DNA from: Phoronis australis
Lineage: Eukaryota > Animalia > Phoronida
DNA length: 64,000 bases
Direction: 5' to 3'
Assembly: GCA_002633005.1 (NCBI GenBank)
Contig: NMRA01000812.1
Coordinates: forward strand, 70,945-134,944
Shown: positions 25,601 through 37,250 of the stretch, piece by piece
How positions within the stretch are numbered: position 1 is the first letter of the stretch
How the letters are laid out: every line of letters starts with the position of its first letter
Notes under the pieces: generated by a model
What the model was told of the DNA's origin: nothing
Database searches by the model: none
What the model saw: the letters and a program-made list of their open reading frames with translations, nothing else
Made by a program: the position numbers and the translations under genes

Positions 25601-27689
25601 TACGATTGAACGTTTTGCAATTGTTATTTTGTCTCATTGTGAAACGGTGAACATAATCATCACTGTCCCATTCCGGTGATGAGACTCTAAGGTCATACTC
25701 GCCCGGGCACAGCCGGTCTTTTCCAATTTAAGACCGATGTAGACAATTCATTCCCAATGCGACGCAGCGTTTTTTACAAAAGCAAAACTTTGCAATGTGA
25801 CGTAATATACCTAGCGTAACATGCAGCAAGTGTGTTGGGTATTGTAATGGCCGTCATGTTTACGCGTCCATTTGAAGACTGCAAGTTTGAAACCATATAT
25901 GACCAGTGGCGGATTTAGATTGGGGCCAAGGGGGCCATGGNTCTCGATACCATAACTTCAGGGGTACCATAGGAGAAGTAAACTAATTCTATATTTTCGT
26001 GCAAGTATAAAAAGAACCACTCTGAATAAGCTTATGTACATACTGCACACTTTATGTGCATGCCCTAATGAGACTGCAGCCAACAAAGATGACCTTACAG
26101 CTTAATACACTAATGTCACATTGTCATAAAATATTCTTTTTTCATGGTAAAATGCCACATCTAAATCCATTTGCGACTTTTCGGTTGTAGCTATATACAT
26201 GTTCAGTCAAACGTTTCATATATGCTTTCAACAACATTAAAGTGAACAGGTCAAATACCAGTTGAGCCATGTGGCCCTAATTGCGTATTGCTTCAACATC
26301 CAGTTCCTAGAACCCCATGTACAGTGTTCTGTACAATGAATGTGTCTCTTTACTCTATTTCCCCCTTAAAATTCTCCCAGATTCCATTTGGCAGTTCGGG
26401 GGGCGAATGTCTGACGGGCAAAATCCTGGCTTACACTCTGCCCTGGCCCACCTAACTCAAAAATCCCGGATCAGCTCCTGCATTTAATTCGAGTTTGTGA
26501 AAATCATGGGCTCACTACAAATATAACAATCATGGTGCAGACCCGTAGAAAGGTAAATTTCATATGCCACCACCTTCCCCATTCTTCCGATGTTGCAAAT
26601 TTTGTATCGACTCCCCTTGTACAACATCCGTGAAGGTGAATTCGGGGGAGGCGCACTGTAAAACTTCGCGAATTTCATTAGTATTTTTACTGTTTTTCAG
26701 ATAGACAAATGTCGTTAAGTGAAAATTATTATTTGGGGAACGGGTGATTTTCTTTACTTCAGCCTGCAACTAAAGTCACTGAAGCATAAACAGTTCTTAT
26801 CAGCTTAGCTCCTAATCGTCAGAAATTACCTCTCGATGTTAGTATTTTCATAAAGATGCCAGTCAGAAACCAACGGGCACTCTCTCCATGAGTGGCACCT
26901 TACGAACTAATCACTAAAAACACGAAAAGATGCTCTTTCACTTTCTACATCGGAACGCTGTGTAGATCAGGGACGATCTCTGAAGCCATGTGTTCTCGTC
27001 ACTTACCTAGTTAGAATGATGGAAAAAAATAATCGGTCTCCCTAGAAAAAACATAGTTGTAAGACCAACACTGACTATTTTTGGAAAAGTTTAGTTTGTA
27101 GATTAAAAATAGTTCAAAACCTTGTTAGAACTCATAAAATCTTGTCTACCGTTTGATCAGAGACCGTCATTGGGTTCATTGATTTTTTACGTCTTTCAAC
27201 ATAGATATTCCACTAATCAACAATTAGCTATTTACTGATGCCGAGCAGCGAGGATATTGTTCTTTTGTTATGCAGCAGTCTTTTCGACGGTCATGTTGAT
27301 TGATTATTACCGGCGTCACGGCTACAGTGGCCTTTTGAGTCACAGGCCAATTTTTTGTGTTGCCAGTACTGTTGTTGTCTATTCCAATATTAAAAGAAAG
27401 CCTGATGTTTGAAATTAGTGCCTGGTTGAGTATTTTGGAACTTGAAGTGAAATGTTTAATTTAAGTATTCTCTCGAAGGAATAAAGGAACTCTAAACAGC
27501 TGTTTTTTTGTGTAGGCCTATCAGATATCTTTGACTTTGTGAAGGCCTATCATTTATCCTAAAACTTGGAAAATTCAATTTCTTGTGTAGTAAAAATCGT
27601 GTGGTAAACCAAGTATCACCTGAATGGTTGTAAAGCATTGTAAAAGCGTTTTATACTACTTTTGAAACACCTCTGAATGCTTTCACACT

Positions 27690-28350
27690 TGTTTTCTATC
27701 CAATTTCAAGTTTAAGCAAGCCGCGTCTATGCTTTAACTTGGAATAATTCGATTTCTGCTATACAAAAAATCTCTAGGATACCACATATTCTCCAACTAG
27801 GTGCAATACGTTGTAAATGCATTTGTACTTGTTCTGTCTAATTCCAAGTTCAAGCAAGCCACGCCCTTGTTTAAACTTGGAATAATTCAATTTCTCCATT
27901 ACAAAAAATCGTGTGGTCAATCAAACATTCTCTGACCGGTTACAGTATGTCATGAATGTATTTTCTATTACAACTGGAATACCTCTGAATGCATTCGCAG
28001 TTGTTTTCTATCCAAGTCCAAGTTCAAGCAAGCCACGCCCTTGCTTAAACTTGGAATGATTGTATATTAGCTTTACAAAAAGTCACGTGGTGAACCAAAC
28101 ATTCTCTGACTGGTTACAATATGTTGTAAGCACAATTTTTTCTTATCGTGAGACTTTACTGAACACGAATTCCAAGTTTAAGCAGGCCACGCCACTGCTT
28201 CATCTTGGAATAATTCTGAGTTCGCTTTACAAACCTTAGATGTATGTCGTGAATCAAGCATTCGCTGACATATTACAAGACATTATGAGCAATGTTTTCT
28301 GTCCTTGTAAATTGTCGGCGATTAATTTTTAGCCAATGCCAAGTTTAAAC
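27690..28350. repeat. Diverged tandem repeat (~140-175 bp units), each unit with an internal hairpin
   Basis: TCCAAGTTYAAGCAAG-CCACGCC-CTTGYTTAAACTTGGAA at ~27705, 27842, 28017 and 28170, partial at 28339. Confidence 0.8.
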
Positions 28351-28617
28351 GATGACTGTAGAAAAATAACGCAGCAGTAAACCGGTTCTAACGTACAAAT
28401 AAAACTCACGTTTGGCCCAGTTGCGCGCCAAACAAAAGCTCCTTCACATTTATTGTAAAAACACTGACAGCAATCTCTGATTGGCTGATATGTCAGTGGT
28501 TGAAAGGGTATCGACTGCTTATCAGATAGTGCTGCTCCATATTGTGGCATTGACTTGATACAGTTTACATAGCATTTTATCATTGTATCACCGGCTCTTG
28601 TTATTTACTGTTTGTCA

Positions 28618-28830
28618 GTGTGGTAAAAGGTTCGCCTTTTTGTATGGCACCTGGTTGTTCGAACTCTTCAAAAAAGGTATCGTCTATGGGGAGGGACATA
28701 GGATACCATCCGTTGACCTTGCCTTGGTGTAAAGCTGCATGCTAAATTAATTCAAAACAAAATACTGTTCCCTTTAGTAAGCAAACATGGAATAATTGTC
28801 TGTTCATTTTCCAAAAATCAGTGGTGAAGT
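28618..28830 (+). pseudogene. Decayed THAP zinc-finger fragment of a DNA transposon (duplicate at ~29300-29510)
   Basis: Reads VKGSPFCMAPGCSNSSKKVSSMGRDIGYHPL, later a degenerate C..HF; frameshifted. Confidence 0.55.
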
Positions 28831-31800
28831 AAGCTTTCTCTCGCAGATTACAACCTGTAAACGCAATTCCTGTTCTTTAGACTACTCTTACGTGTTAGCA
28901 ATCGTCGTCTACAAAATTCCAAATTTAACCAGTACTTAGAACAATACTGGATTTCACACTTTCATTTAAAAAAGAAATTAATAGCTTCGATGAGACACTT
29001 TCATAGCCTAACAGTGAAATCCTCGAGTTGGAAGCTCAGGGGGTCACAGAAAACATGTTCTCCATGTTAGTGCAGGTGGACCGGAGTGACTGCACCTGAT
29101 AGATGTTACGACGAAAATGGTGGATAGTTTTTAAAGATATTTAAAAATAAGTATGCGACGTTGTTTTAACGATATCTGCATGGACAGGTCTAAATTTTTA
29201 TCTTCTCCAACATACAACCTAATTACAATACAGCATAAATCATTCTGTGTAATGTACAAAGACTAGCATACAGTATTTNTTGTTATTTACTGTTTGTCAG
29301 TGTGGTAAAAGGTTCGCCTTTTTGTATGGCACCTGGTTGTTCGAACTCTTCAAAAAGGTATCGTCTATGGGGAGGGACATAGGATACCATCCGTTGACCT
29401 TGCCTTGGTGTAAAGCTGCATGCTAAATTAATTCAAAACAAAATACTGTTCTCTTTAGTAAGCAAACATGGAATAATTGTCTGTTCATTTTCCAAAAATC
29501 AGTAGTGAAGTAAGCTTTCTCTCGCAGATTACAACGGTAAACGCAATTCCTGTTCTTTAGACTACTCTTACATGTTAGCAATCGTCTTCTACAAAATTCC
29601 AAATTTAACCAGTACTTAGAACAATACTGGATTTCACCCTTTCATTTAAAAAAAAAATTAATAGCTTCGATGAGACACTTTCAAAGCCTAACAGTGAAAT
29701 CCTCGAGTTGGAAGCTCAGGGGGTCACAGAAAACATGTTCTCCATGTTAGTGCAGGTGGACCAGAGTGACTGCACCTGATAGATGTTACGACGAAAATTG
29801 TGGATAGTTTTTAAAGATATTTAAAAATAAGTATGCGACGTTGTTTTAACGATATCTGCATGGACAGGTCTAAATTTTTATTTTCTCCAACATACAACCT
29901 AATTACAATACAGCATAAATCATTCTGTGTAATGTACAAAGACTAGCATACAGTATTTTTCACACTACACTACACAATGTCGTAATTTGGCAAGGTTAAT
30001 AAAATACATGTTTCTTTTCGAATAGAATCCAATTCGATTCTAGCTAAATCTCAACAAAAACAACTTATTCCGTAAGTCCATTCACAAACAAACAGTTAAC
30101 GACTAGAAACAATGTCACATTCAACGTAAACTGACAAATTATTCTGGTAAGAAATGTATCTAAATTTGGAAGTCTTGGAGACTGCTGATGAAGTCTGTCT
30201 AGTTTATTTTGAAATCCTTTGGTACATGCACCTTTAAGCAACAACGCAACATCCCGACTTGCGCACATATTCTGCTGCAGTGGTCAATAATAATTATTTG
30301 ATGATAACTCTGGGCAGACTCGATGGGATGAGTGTTTTGTATGGTATTCATTTTAAAAGCAATCTACCCCCCTACACACTTATTATAACCTTTGGCAATT
30401 GCAGTATTGCAATAAATGCTCATTCGACAAATGGTTTAATTTTTTCGATGCTTGCTTTCTGCATGCTATGTGGAGTTTTGAAATGCACTTACGATTGCAA
30501 CGCAATTCCAGCAGTGTTTTTAGTATCATAAAGATGGTCAACAGATGGTGCATCCGAATTGAGAAGGTGGAGTCATCTCTGTAAAACACAACTATTTGCC
30601 AAATTTCATGTAAATATGCCAGCCAACTCCCAAAGGCAAACGTAAACAAACTGACATTCGGGTGCACAGTAGATGTTATCTCAATAAAAGGTTCAGGTTC
30701 CATTTTTGCCTAGATTGTGTCCTAAGTGTACTTCAAAGGAAAAAATTGTTAAACTTCAAGAATAATAAGCAAGAATTATTAATATTTTCACACCCCATAT
30801 TTTCGGGTGGCATCAGGTGATACATAGTTACATCTAAAATGCTCTCTGTCCCCGACCAAGGTTTGAGCCTAGGACTTTCTGNGTTATCACAATAAAAGGT
30901 TCAGGTTCCATTTTTTACTAGATTGTGTCCTAAGTGTACTTCAAAGGAAAAAATTGTTAAACTTCAAGAATAGTAAGCAAGAATTATTAATATTTTCACA
31001 CCCCATATTTTGGTGGCATCAGGTGATACATAGTTACATCTAAAATGCTCTCTGTCCCCGACCAAGGTTTGAGCCTAGGACTTTCTGATGACCTGTTAGC
31101 CAACACCTGATGTGATCAACATATGGCCCATGTGAAGACCAATAGTTATATGATATTCAATGAGCAGTAAAAGAACAATAATCAATCATCAGGTTAAGGT
31201 TATCATTGACAGATCCTAGACAAATGTTCAAACTTAGTAAAGCTGAAAACATATCTTACAAATGGCTGATAAGATTCCAATAGAAACTTTCAGATTTTGT
31301 ACTTGATGCACTGTTCCCCATCAGGCTTTTAGAGATTGTTTTTTGACTGATCTACTTTGGCATGGGAGGGCTAGCTAAAACAGGGACTTTCTGTAATTTC
31401 ATGTAAAATTCAAACACTGAATAAAATGAAAAGGATTACTTAGAAAACAGAATCGGCATTTCTCAGATTTCATCTTGAATAATTATATCAAAAGAAAATT
31501 GGTCATATTACCGACCGGCTGTTTTGTTATGAATGTATTCCTTTCTTCCAAAATGTTATTAAAAATATGGTCAAGGGACCCAATTAATGGCAGATTGATA
31601 CATAAAGTCGATATATACACTGTATTACAGACTCTATGCTTTCATGAATTACAGTAGTGTAACAGAAAGTTAAAGTCCAAAGTTTGTAGATATTTGTCAG
31701 TCAGGTGCCACATAACCTTGTGTTGTGACATTAAATTTTGGATTACTCATGTTGTTTCATTACATGACTACTGATACTTCTGTCCTCTGATTGTCTGGAA

Positions 31801-32934
31801 CACAGTTAGATAATTTTGACCCACCTCATTGTGGAATAACACTTTTCAGTTATGCCACCAGGATGTCACGTAAATAGCAATGCGACCACAGTACCGTAAA
31901 AACCATAAACCCTGACAACAAAGCAAGCAGACAATGTCAGTACACCAAAGCAAAAAAGAAACATCAGTAGCCATTTAATAAAAGAAATATAGACAGATCT
32001 ATAGGGCATATCAGGTTACATAGACCTGCCTTTGACCTCGGCAACATTGCTTTTCCTTGGTCCATATTACGCTCGGCTTGATCAGTATAATGCTTGGGGC
32101 ACTTCCTACATCATTCACTGTTATACTGGTAGGACAAATATCAGAAATTCATTGGCTAGTAGCATTTAATGTTATTTATTGGCAAGCAGCTTCAGATGCT
32201 GTAACAGCAATGAAATGGGGTCCTCCAAACTTGGCTAAGCTGTTGACCTACACAGTGTACAGTAGCACGAATGGTTATCACATATTCTGTTTAAGCGATA
32301 AAGATGTTCACTAACATCTGCCGTCAATGAGACCAGTTGTGTGTCCCTGATTTAGGGCGACTCTTCGTCTTAACCAGGACTTTCTGGAACACAGGAAATC
32401 GATTAGAACCTGTTTAAAATAAATAGAATAGTTTCAACTTCTTTTATACAAACACAATTATACTACATACAAGACTCTACAATCAAAAATACACATTACA
32501 GACAAAATTGTTTTCATGTTGACGTGCATAATACCTGTTACTAATACAAAGAGCTTTGAAAAGTGAACAAGGATCAAGATTTATTGTCAATACATGTAGG
32601 TGAATGTAGGATCTATAAGGAAATCAAGTAAATGGAAAATATATTATTTACCTGTTTCCACATGGCATTGTACGGTGCGGTGGCGGATCTAGGATATCAC
32701 AAGGGGGGGCCAACACCTTGTCTGAAAACATTTGTGCAAAGCACGATTAGATGCGCATAGCACCGAATGGGGGGAGGTCGGGAGGGGGGTCCGGCCCCTC
32801 CCGCCGCGGAAATTTATCTGTTTTTTCCTCTAAAAATCAACACTTTCCGTGATTCCTGAAGTATTATCCAAGAAAAAAAGGCAAAAAAAAAAAAAAAAAA
32901 AAAACGGAACGTGTCAAACATAAAAACGGCATTT

Positions 32935-33000
32935 ATCACACACTCGAACTCACGACCTGGCGGACAGAGCGTGCGTGCTTTACCACTGCATCACCACGAC
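32935..33000 (-). other. tRNA-like (SINE-head-like) degenerate sequence
   Basis: Reverse strand has A-box-like TGATGCAGTGG and B-box-like GAGTTCGAG; no intact cloverleaf. Confidence 0.3.
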
Positions 33001-34135
33001 TTCACTCCCAATTTGATAATAAGAGACCTACTTGTTTATGGTCCACAGCGTTTGTGCGCGAAACCTACTTCTATTTGTAATGCTTATTACACTTTTTATA
33101 TTTGTGCAATCAGTTCGTAACAAATTTGTTGTATTTAAAATAGCCTTCAATTGCCCAAAAGACCAAATCCGTTTTTTGTGTTGGCATTAATGACGCGATT
33201 GCTTTGGAAATCGTCTTAAGTTAAGGTTTGGCAAAGAGAACATTATGAGTTTCTGAGTGATTCAGTAAGGCTTCGATTAAAATTGATATCTTACCAGCAG
33301 CTTCTGTTTTTTCATCGTCACTCAGATTCCATTTTTTTNNNNNNNNNNNNNNNNNNNNNNNNNNNNNNNNNNNNNNNNNNNNNNNNNNNNNNNNNNNNNN
33401 NNNNNNNNNNNNNNNNNNNNNNNNNNNNNNNNNNNNNNNNNNNNNNNNNNNNNNNNNNNNNNNNNNNNNNNNNNNNNNNNNNNNNNNNNNNNNNNNNNNN
33501 NNNNNNNNNNNNNNNNNNNNNNNNNNNNNNNNNNNNNNNNNNNNNNNNNNNNNNNNNNNNNNNNNNNNNNNNNNNNNNNNNNNNNNNNNNNNNNNNNNNN
33601 NNNNNNNNNNNNNNNNNNNNNNNNNNNNNNNNNNNNNNNNNNNNNNNNNNNNNNNNNNNNNNNNNNNNNNNNNNNNNNNNNNNNNNNNNNNNNNNNNNNN
33701 NNNNNNNNNNNNNNNNNNNNNNNNNNNNNNNNNNNNNNNNNNNNNNNNNNNNNNNNNNNNNNNNNNNNNNNNNNNNNNNNNNNNNNNNNNNNNNNNNNNN
33801 NNNNNNNNNNNNNNNNNNNNNNNNNNNNNNNNNNNNNNNNNNNNNNNNNNNNNNNNNNNNNNNNNNNNNNNNNNNNNNNNNNNNNNNNNNNNNNNNNNNN
33901 NGGGTCGATACGCGGAGCAATATCTTGTGGGATATTACTTCATGTACGCCAATCTCGGTACGTTTTGTGTATGTAGACACACGGCAGTCCCATCCCACGC
34001 TCCTTATCAATGTGGCTATGCTCGTTTTTTATAAAAACGGGAACCATCTCACCCGTCCTTCCAAAGGTTGGCACGTAACAAACGGTAAAAGTGATGTAGA
34101 TGGGATGACAACATGTGTGTGGAGAAGTGTTTTAA

Positions 34136-35076
34136 AGTGTACACAACATGACTCTAGTACCCCAAAATAAATTTTATTATTATATCTTACTTGATTTCAG
34201 TGCCTTTAGTGCACAGCTCATAAAGAAACACGCAAAAATTGAAAAAAATAATAATTATGTACAACGTTATGGGTTGAACCCAAGTCGTTCGCCATACCGT
34301 TCGGATCAGAGACAAAGTGTATAGAGTGAAGAGAATGCAAAGTACATTTAGCGTCGAGAAGGTTCGTAGAGGGATCAAAAGATGTATTTCCGGAGGCTGC
34401 AGCAACAGCAGCCAGGCGGAAAACGTCTCGGTGTTCCGAAGGACACCAAAGTTGCGCAGAAGTGACATGACTTCGTGCGCCGAACGAGAGTGTGGGACGT
34501 CATCGTGGACCAAGCGATTCGGTCCGGGGCCACTCTGTGTTCTGCCCACTTTGAGGACTCGTGTTTCGACTCCAGTCACAGGAGACGATGAAGGCCTGGT
34601 TCAATAAAGGACAATGTTTATCATTCAGAAACATCAGCTCTAAATTCAGGATCGTCTGTTGGATGACTGGGTTGACTCGCCGAGACCGAGGCCGCTTCTC
34701 TCACGGGAGGATCCAGTTCATAAGGCTCAAAGTAGAAAAGTACGCAGCCGGAAGCACATTAAACTTGTTGTCGCTTTCGTGTAACCCCATTTCCTCATCC
34801 TAGCCACCATTCTCATTCGTTTCTTCATAGTATTCGTTGAATTCTTGCTCATAATCGTCGTCACTTTCAAATTCCCTGATCAAAGTCACTGATCTCTTGT
34901 GTTCAACCCATGACGTCACATGGCGGGAAATGTGAAAATTGGCAAAATTGAAAGAAAAATCAAAATTTTGAGCTAATTACACAAAATAAACATGGGTTTA
35001 GCTAAATTTTACGTCATACATTTAGTCTGTGGCCACCGGTAATTCAAAATGTGCAAAAATCCATGGTGTGTACTGT
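34136..35076. mobile_element. Non-autonomous Kolobok-type element (KolobokP solo-LTDR-like) with a decayed THAP domain
   Basis: TTAA on both sides; imperfect TIRs AGTGTACACAACATG / CATGGTGTGTACTGT. Plus strand reads CISGGCSN...W*...LCSAHFEDSCF (THAP, frameshifted). Minus strand has an acidic run and FEPYELDP...RADVSE. Confidence 0.68.
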
Positions 35077-37187
35077 TTAACATTGCCGGTGACCTGTGAG
35101 GTCTACTGTCGTGTCGAAACGCCATACTGCGATACTGGAGAATGCGTTAACGGGAAGACGACTTATTCAATATTGAGGTGTGTGATGCATGACGGGAACT
35201 TAACGGACGAAGAACGGGGCTGGTTTGAGGCTAGGTAACAATAAGGGCTAGCCATGAGCTAAGGAACACTTTCGTTGAATAAGAAGAGCTTGCTGGTTGG
35301 AACTCCTAAATGTAAGGCTGAGGGAGTGCGGACAGAGGAGTGGGAGCAATAGTTAGTCGCGTTTAAAACTGCGTTTCCTCGGCTTTAGCTGTCAAAATTG
35401 CGAATTCGCGACGGCGCATGTGCACATTGCTTGCGAGTTTCCAGCGCAGTTGGTAACAACTCAGTGTCGGAGAAGTGTGTCCCCAAAGCACTTGGCTTAA
35501 GAGCTAAACAGCGGCTAAATAAGCAATTAAACTGTTTAAACAACGACGTTATGCATTGAGATTTCTTGAATAAATCCGCCACTCAGGTTGGTTTTAACAT
35601 ATTTATAGCTGCATCACGTCCTGATAAGTTTAATGAGGCAAGTCCTAAAATTATGAAATCGAAAGTGGGTCACAATTTAATGGAATAGGCAAGACCTAAA
35701 ATTACCACATCGTAAGTGACTCGCGTCCCCATTGCCTTTGACATAAGTTGCCGGCGTATTCGGCAACAATTCAAAACAGGAGTATGATTGTAACATTTTC
35801 AAACAAAATGCGAACTGGTTAAGAATGATTTAATATTGACAGACAAACAAGCGCAAAATACACCTTTAAAGAAATGTATGTTGAGAGGTTTGTCGGAGAC
35901 TGAGGGGCTGAGACTTTTCGCTCTGGGCTGCATTGCATTGCAATTTAAACTTTGCTCACTAGATAAGTTGCCCTAAAGAGAGGTCTAGGACAACACCACT
36001 CTTCAGTCTGATATGTGATAAGGGAGTGTGGTGGTTATTACCCACAAGTGACTTTTAACGAGGTCACTCGTTCTTGTTACCTGTCAGTGATGTTGAGAGG
36101 TCATTAGACACTGCCTGCCATAACGCAAATGCATCGGGAATTTTTCAGCAAGATCCAGGGCCTATTTTGGGAAAGTGGCACTTGGGGGAACCTATGAACG
36201 GACAATGAACCATGGTAATTTTTAACTGTTTATTTCTTCTGACCAAGGATATGCAAGACAATACCGTGCATGTCCACAAACAGTACATACACCTAAGTAT
36301 TACATTACTGACAGCTGCCTGGTACAAAGTAGTTGTAAGGATTACAAACGAGCGTCTGAAACAACCACCTTATTGTAAATTAACAAAAATATAAACCACA
36401 AGATCTTAAAAAACATGTTTAGATACATACACACAAAGAGCCAAACGATTCTGTTAAAATTTACGAGCTCTGAGCGGATTCATTGTCTACGCTTGACTTC
36501 CTGACTTATGGAGTTCACTTTGTCAGTTTCACCATTAACACTCCTGGAGTTTAGCCACGTGGACTCTGAATGTCCATCAAAGTTAGCACTTATGGTTTAG
36601 TAAAGCACATTTTGGTTGAGAAATCAGAAACCTACCATAATAAATGCTCTCTACTTCTACTAAAGCCTAATTCTGTCTGAAACATGCAGATAACATTCTC
36701 TTTGACACTGCAAACCCTGAATAATGTCAATGTGTTTTCAAAAGTGGGTCCAGGTGCTTACACTTGGGAAATTCCCGAAGACATAATGATGTAGCTGTCC
36801 TTGCAGTGCAGACTTCCTGGTGTAGAATGTCTGATCTATGCGCCCTCTACTGCCATCCACAGAACCCATTTATATGTAATAGCAAGCCCTATCACTGTGC
36901 ACTATTTGCTGCAACTGACAGTTGAATCATAACCAAAGACACTGACTGGTGCTGACGTTGAGCATCCATCACTGCAACTCAACATTTTTTGGTACACACA
37001 AACCCATTTTGGTGGATGTGAATTCAAAGCAGGCATGAAGTTTGATCAGCCATCTGCACCATTTATATGAATTCATAGAAATGGTTGATACGAATTCCCA
37101 TAAAGAATGAACAAAATACGATCAACCAAAGAAGCCTGAAGTGTGGTTCAAAATGATGATCCTTATAACTAGCGCCTATTTCTACCA

Positions 37188-37250
37188 TCAATGAGGTATC
37201 TGTTCCCCAAACTTGCTTCTGTGGGCGGCATCTTTGGCTTCAAACAGAAT
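37188..37250 (-). CDS. HDAC6: HDAC6 last coding exon ([20 protein letters not shown])
   Basis: ttgtag acceptor; matches the conserved K..AH..KFGE C-terminus; TGA stop. Confidence 0.93.
   Translation of the reverse strand: MLFEAKDAAHRSKFGEQIPH

Noticed and set aside
27690-28350. CRISPR-like array of palindromic repeats with spacers
   Set aside because: Eukaryotic context, spacers are over 100 bp and homologous to each other, and there are no cas genes.
31990-32410. Possible minus-strand exon of another gene
   Set aside because: An acceptor-like site exists, but the frames I translated contain stops and no recognisable motif.
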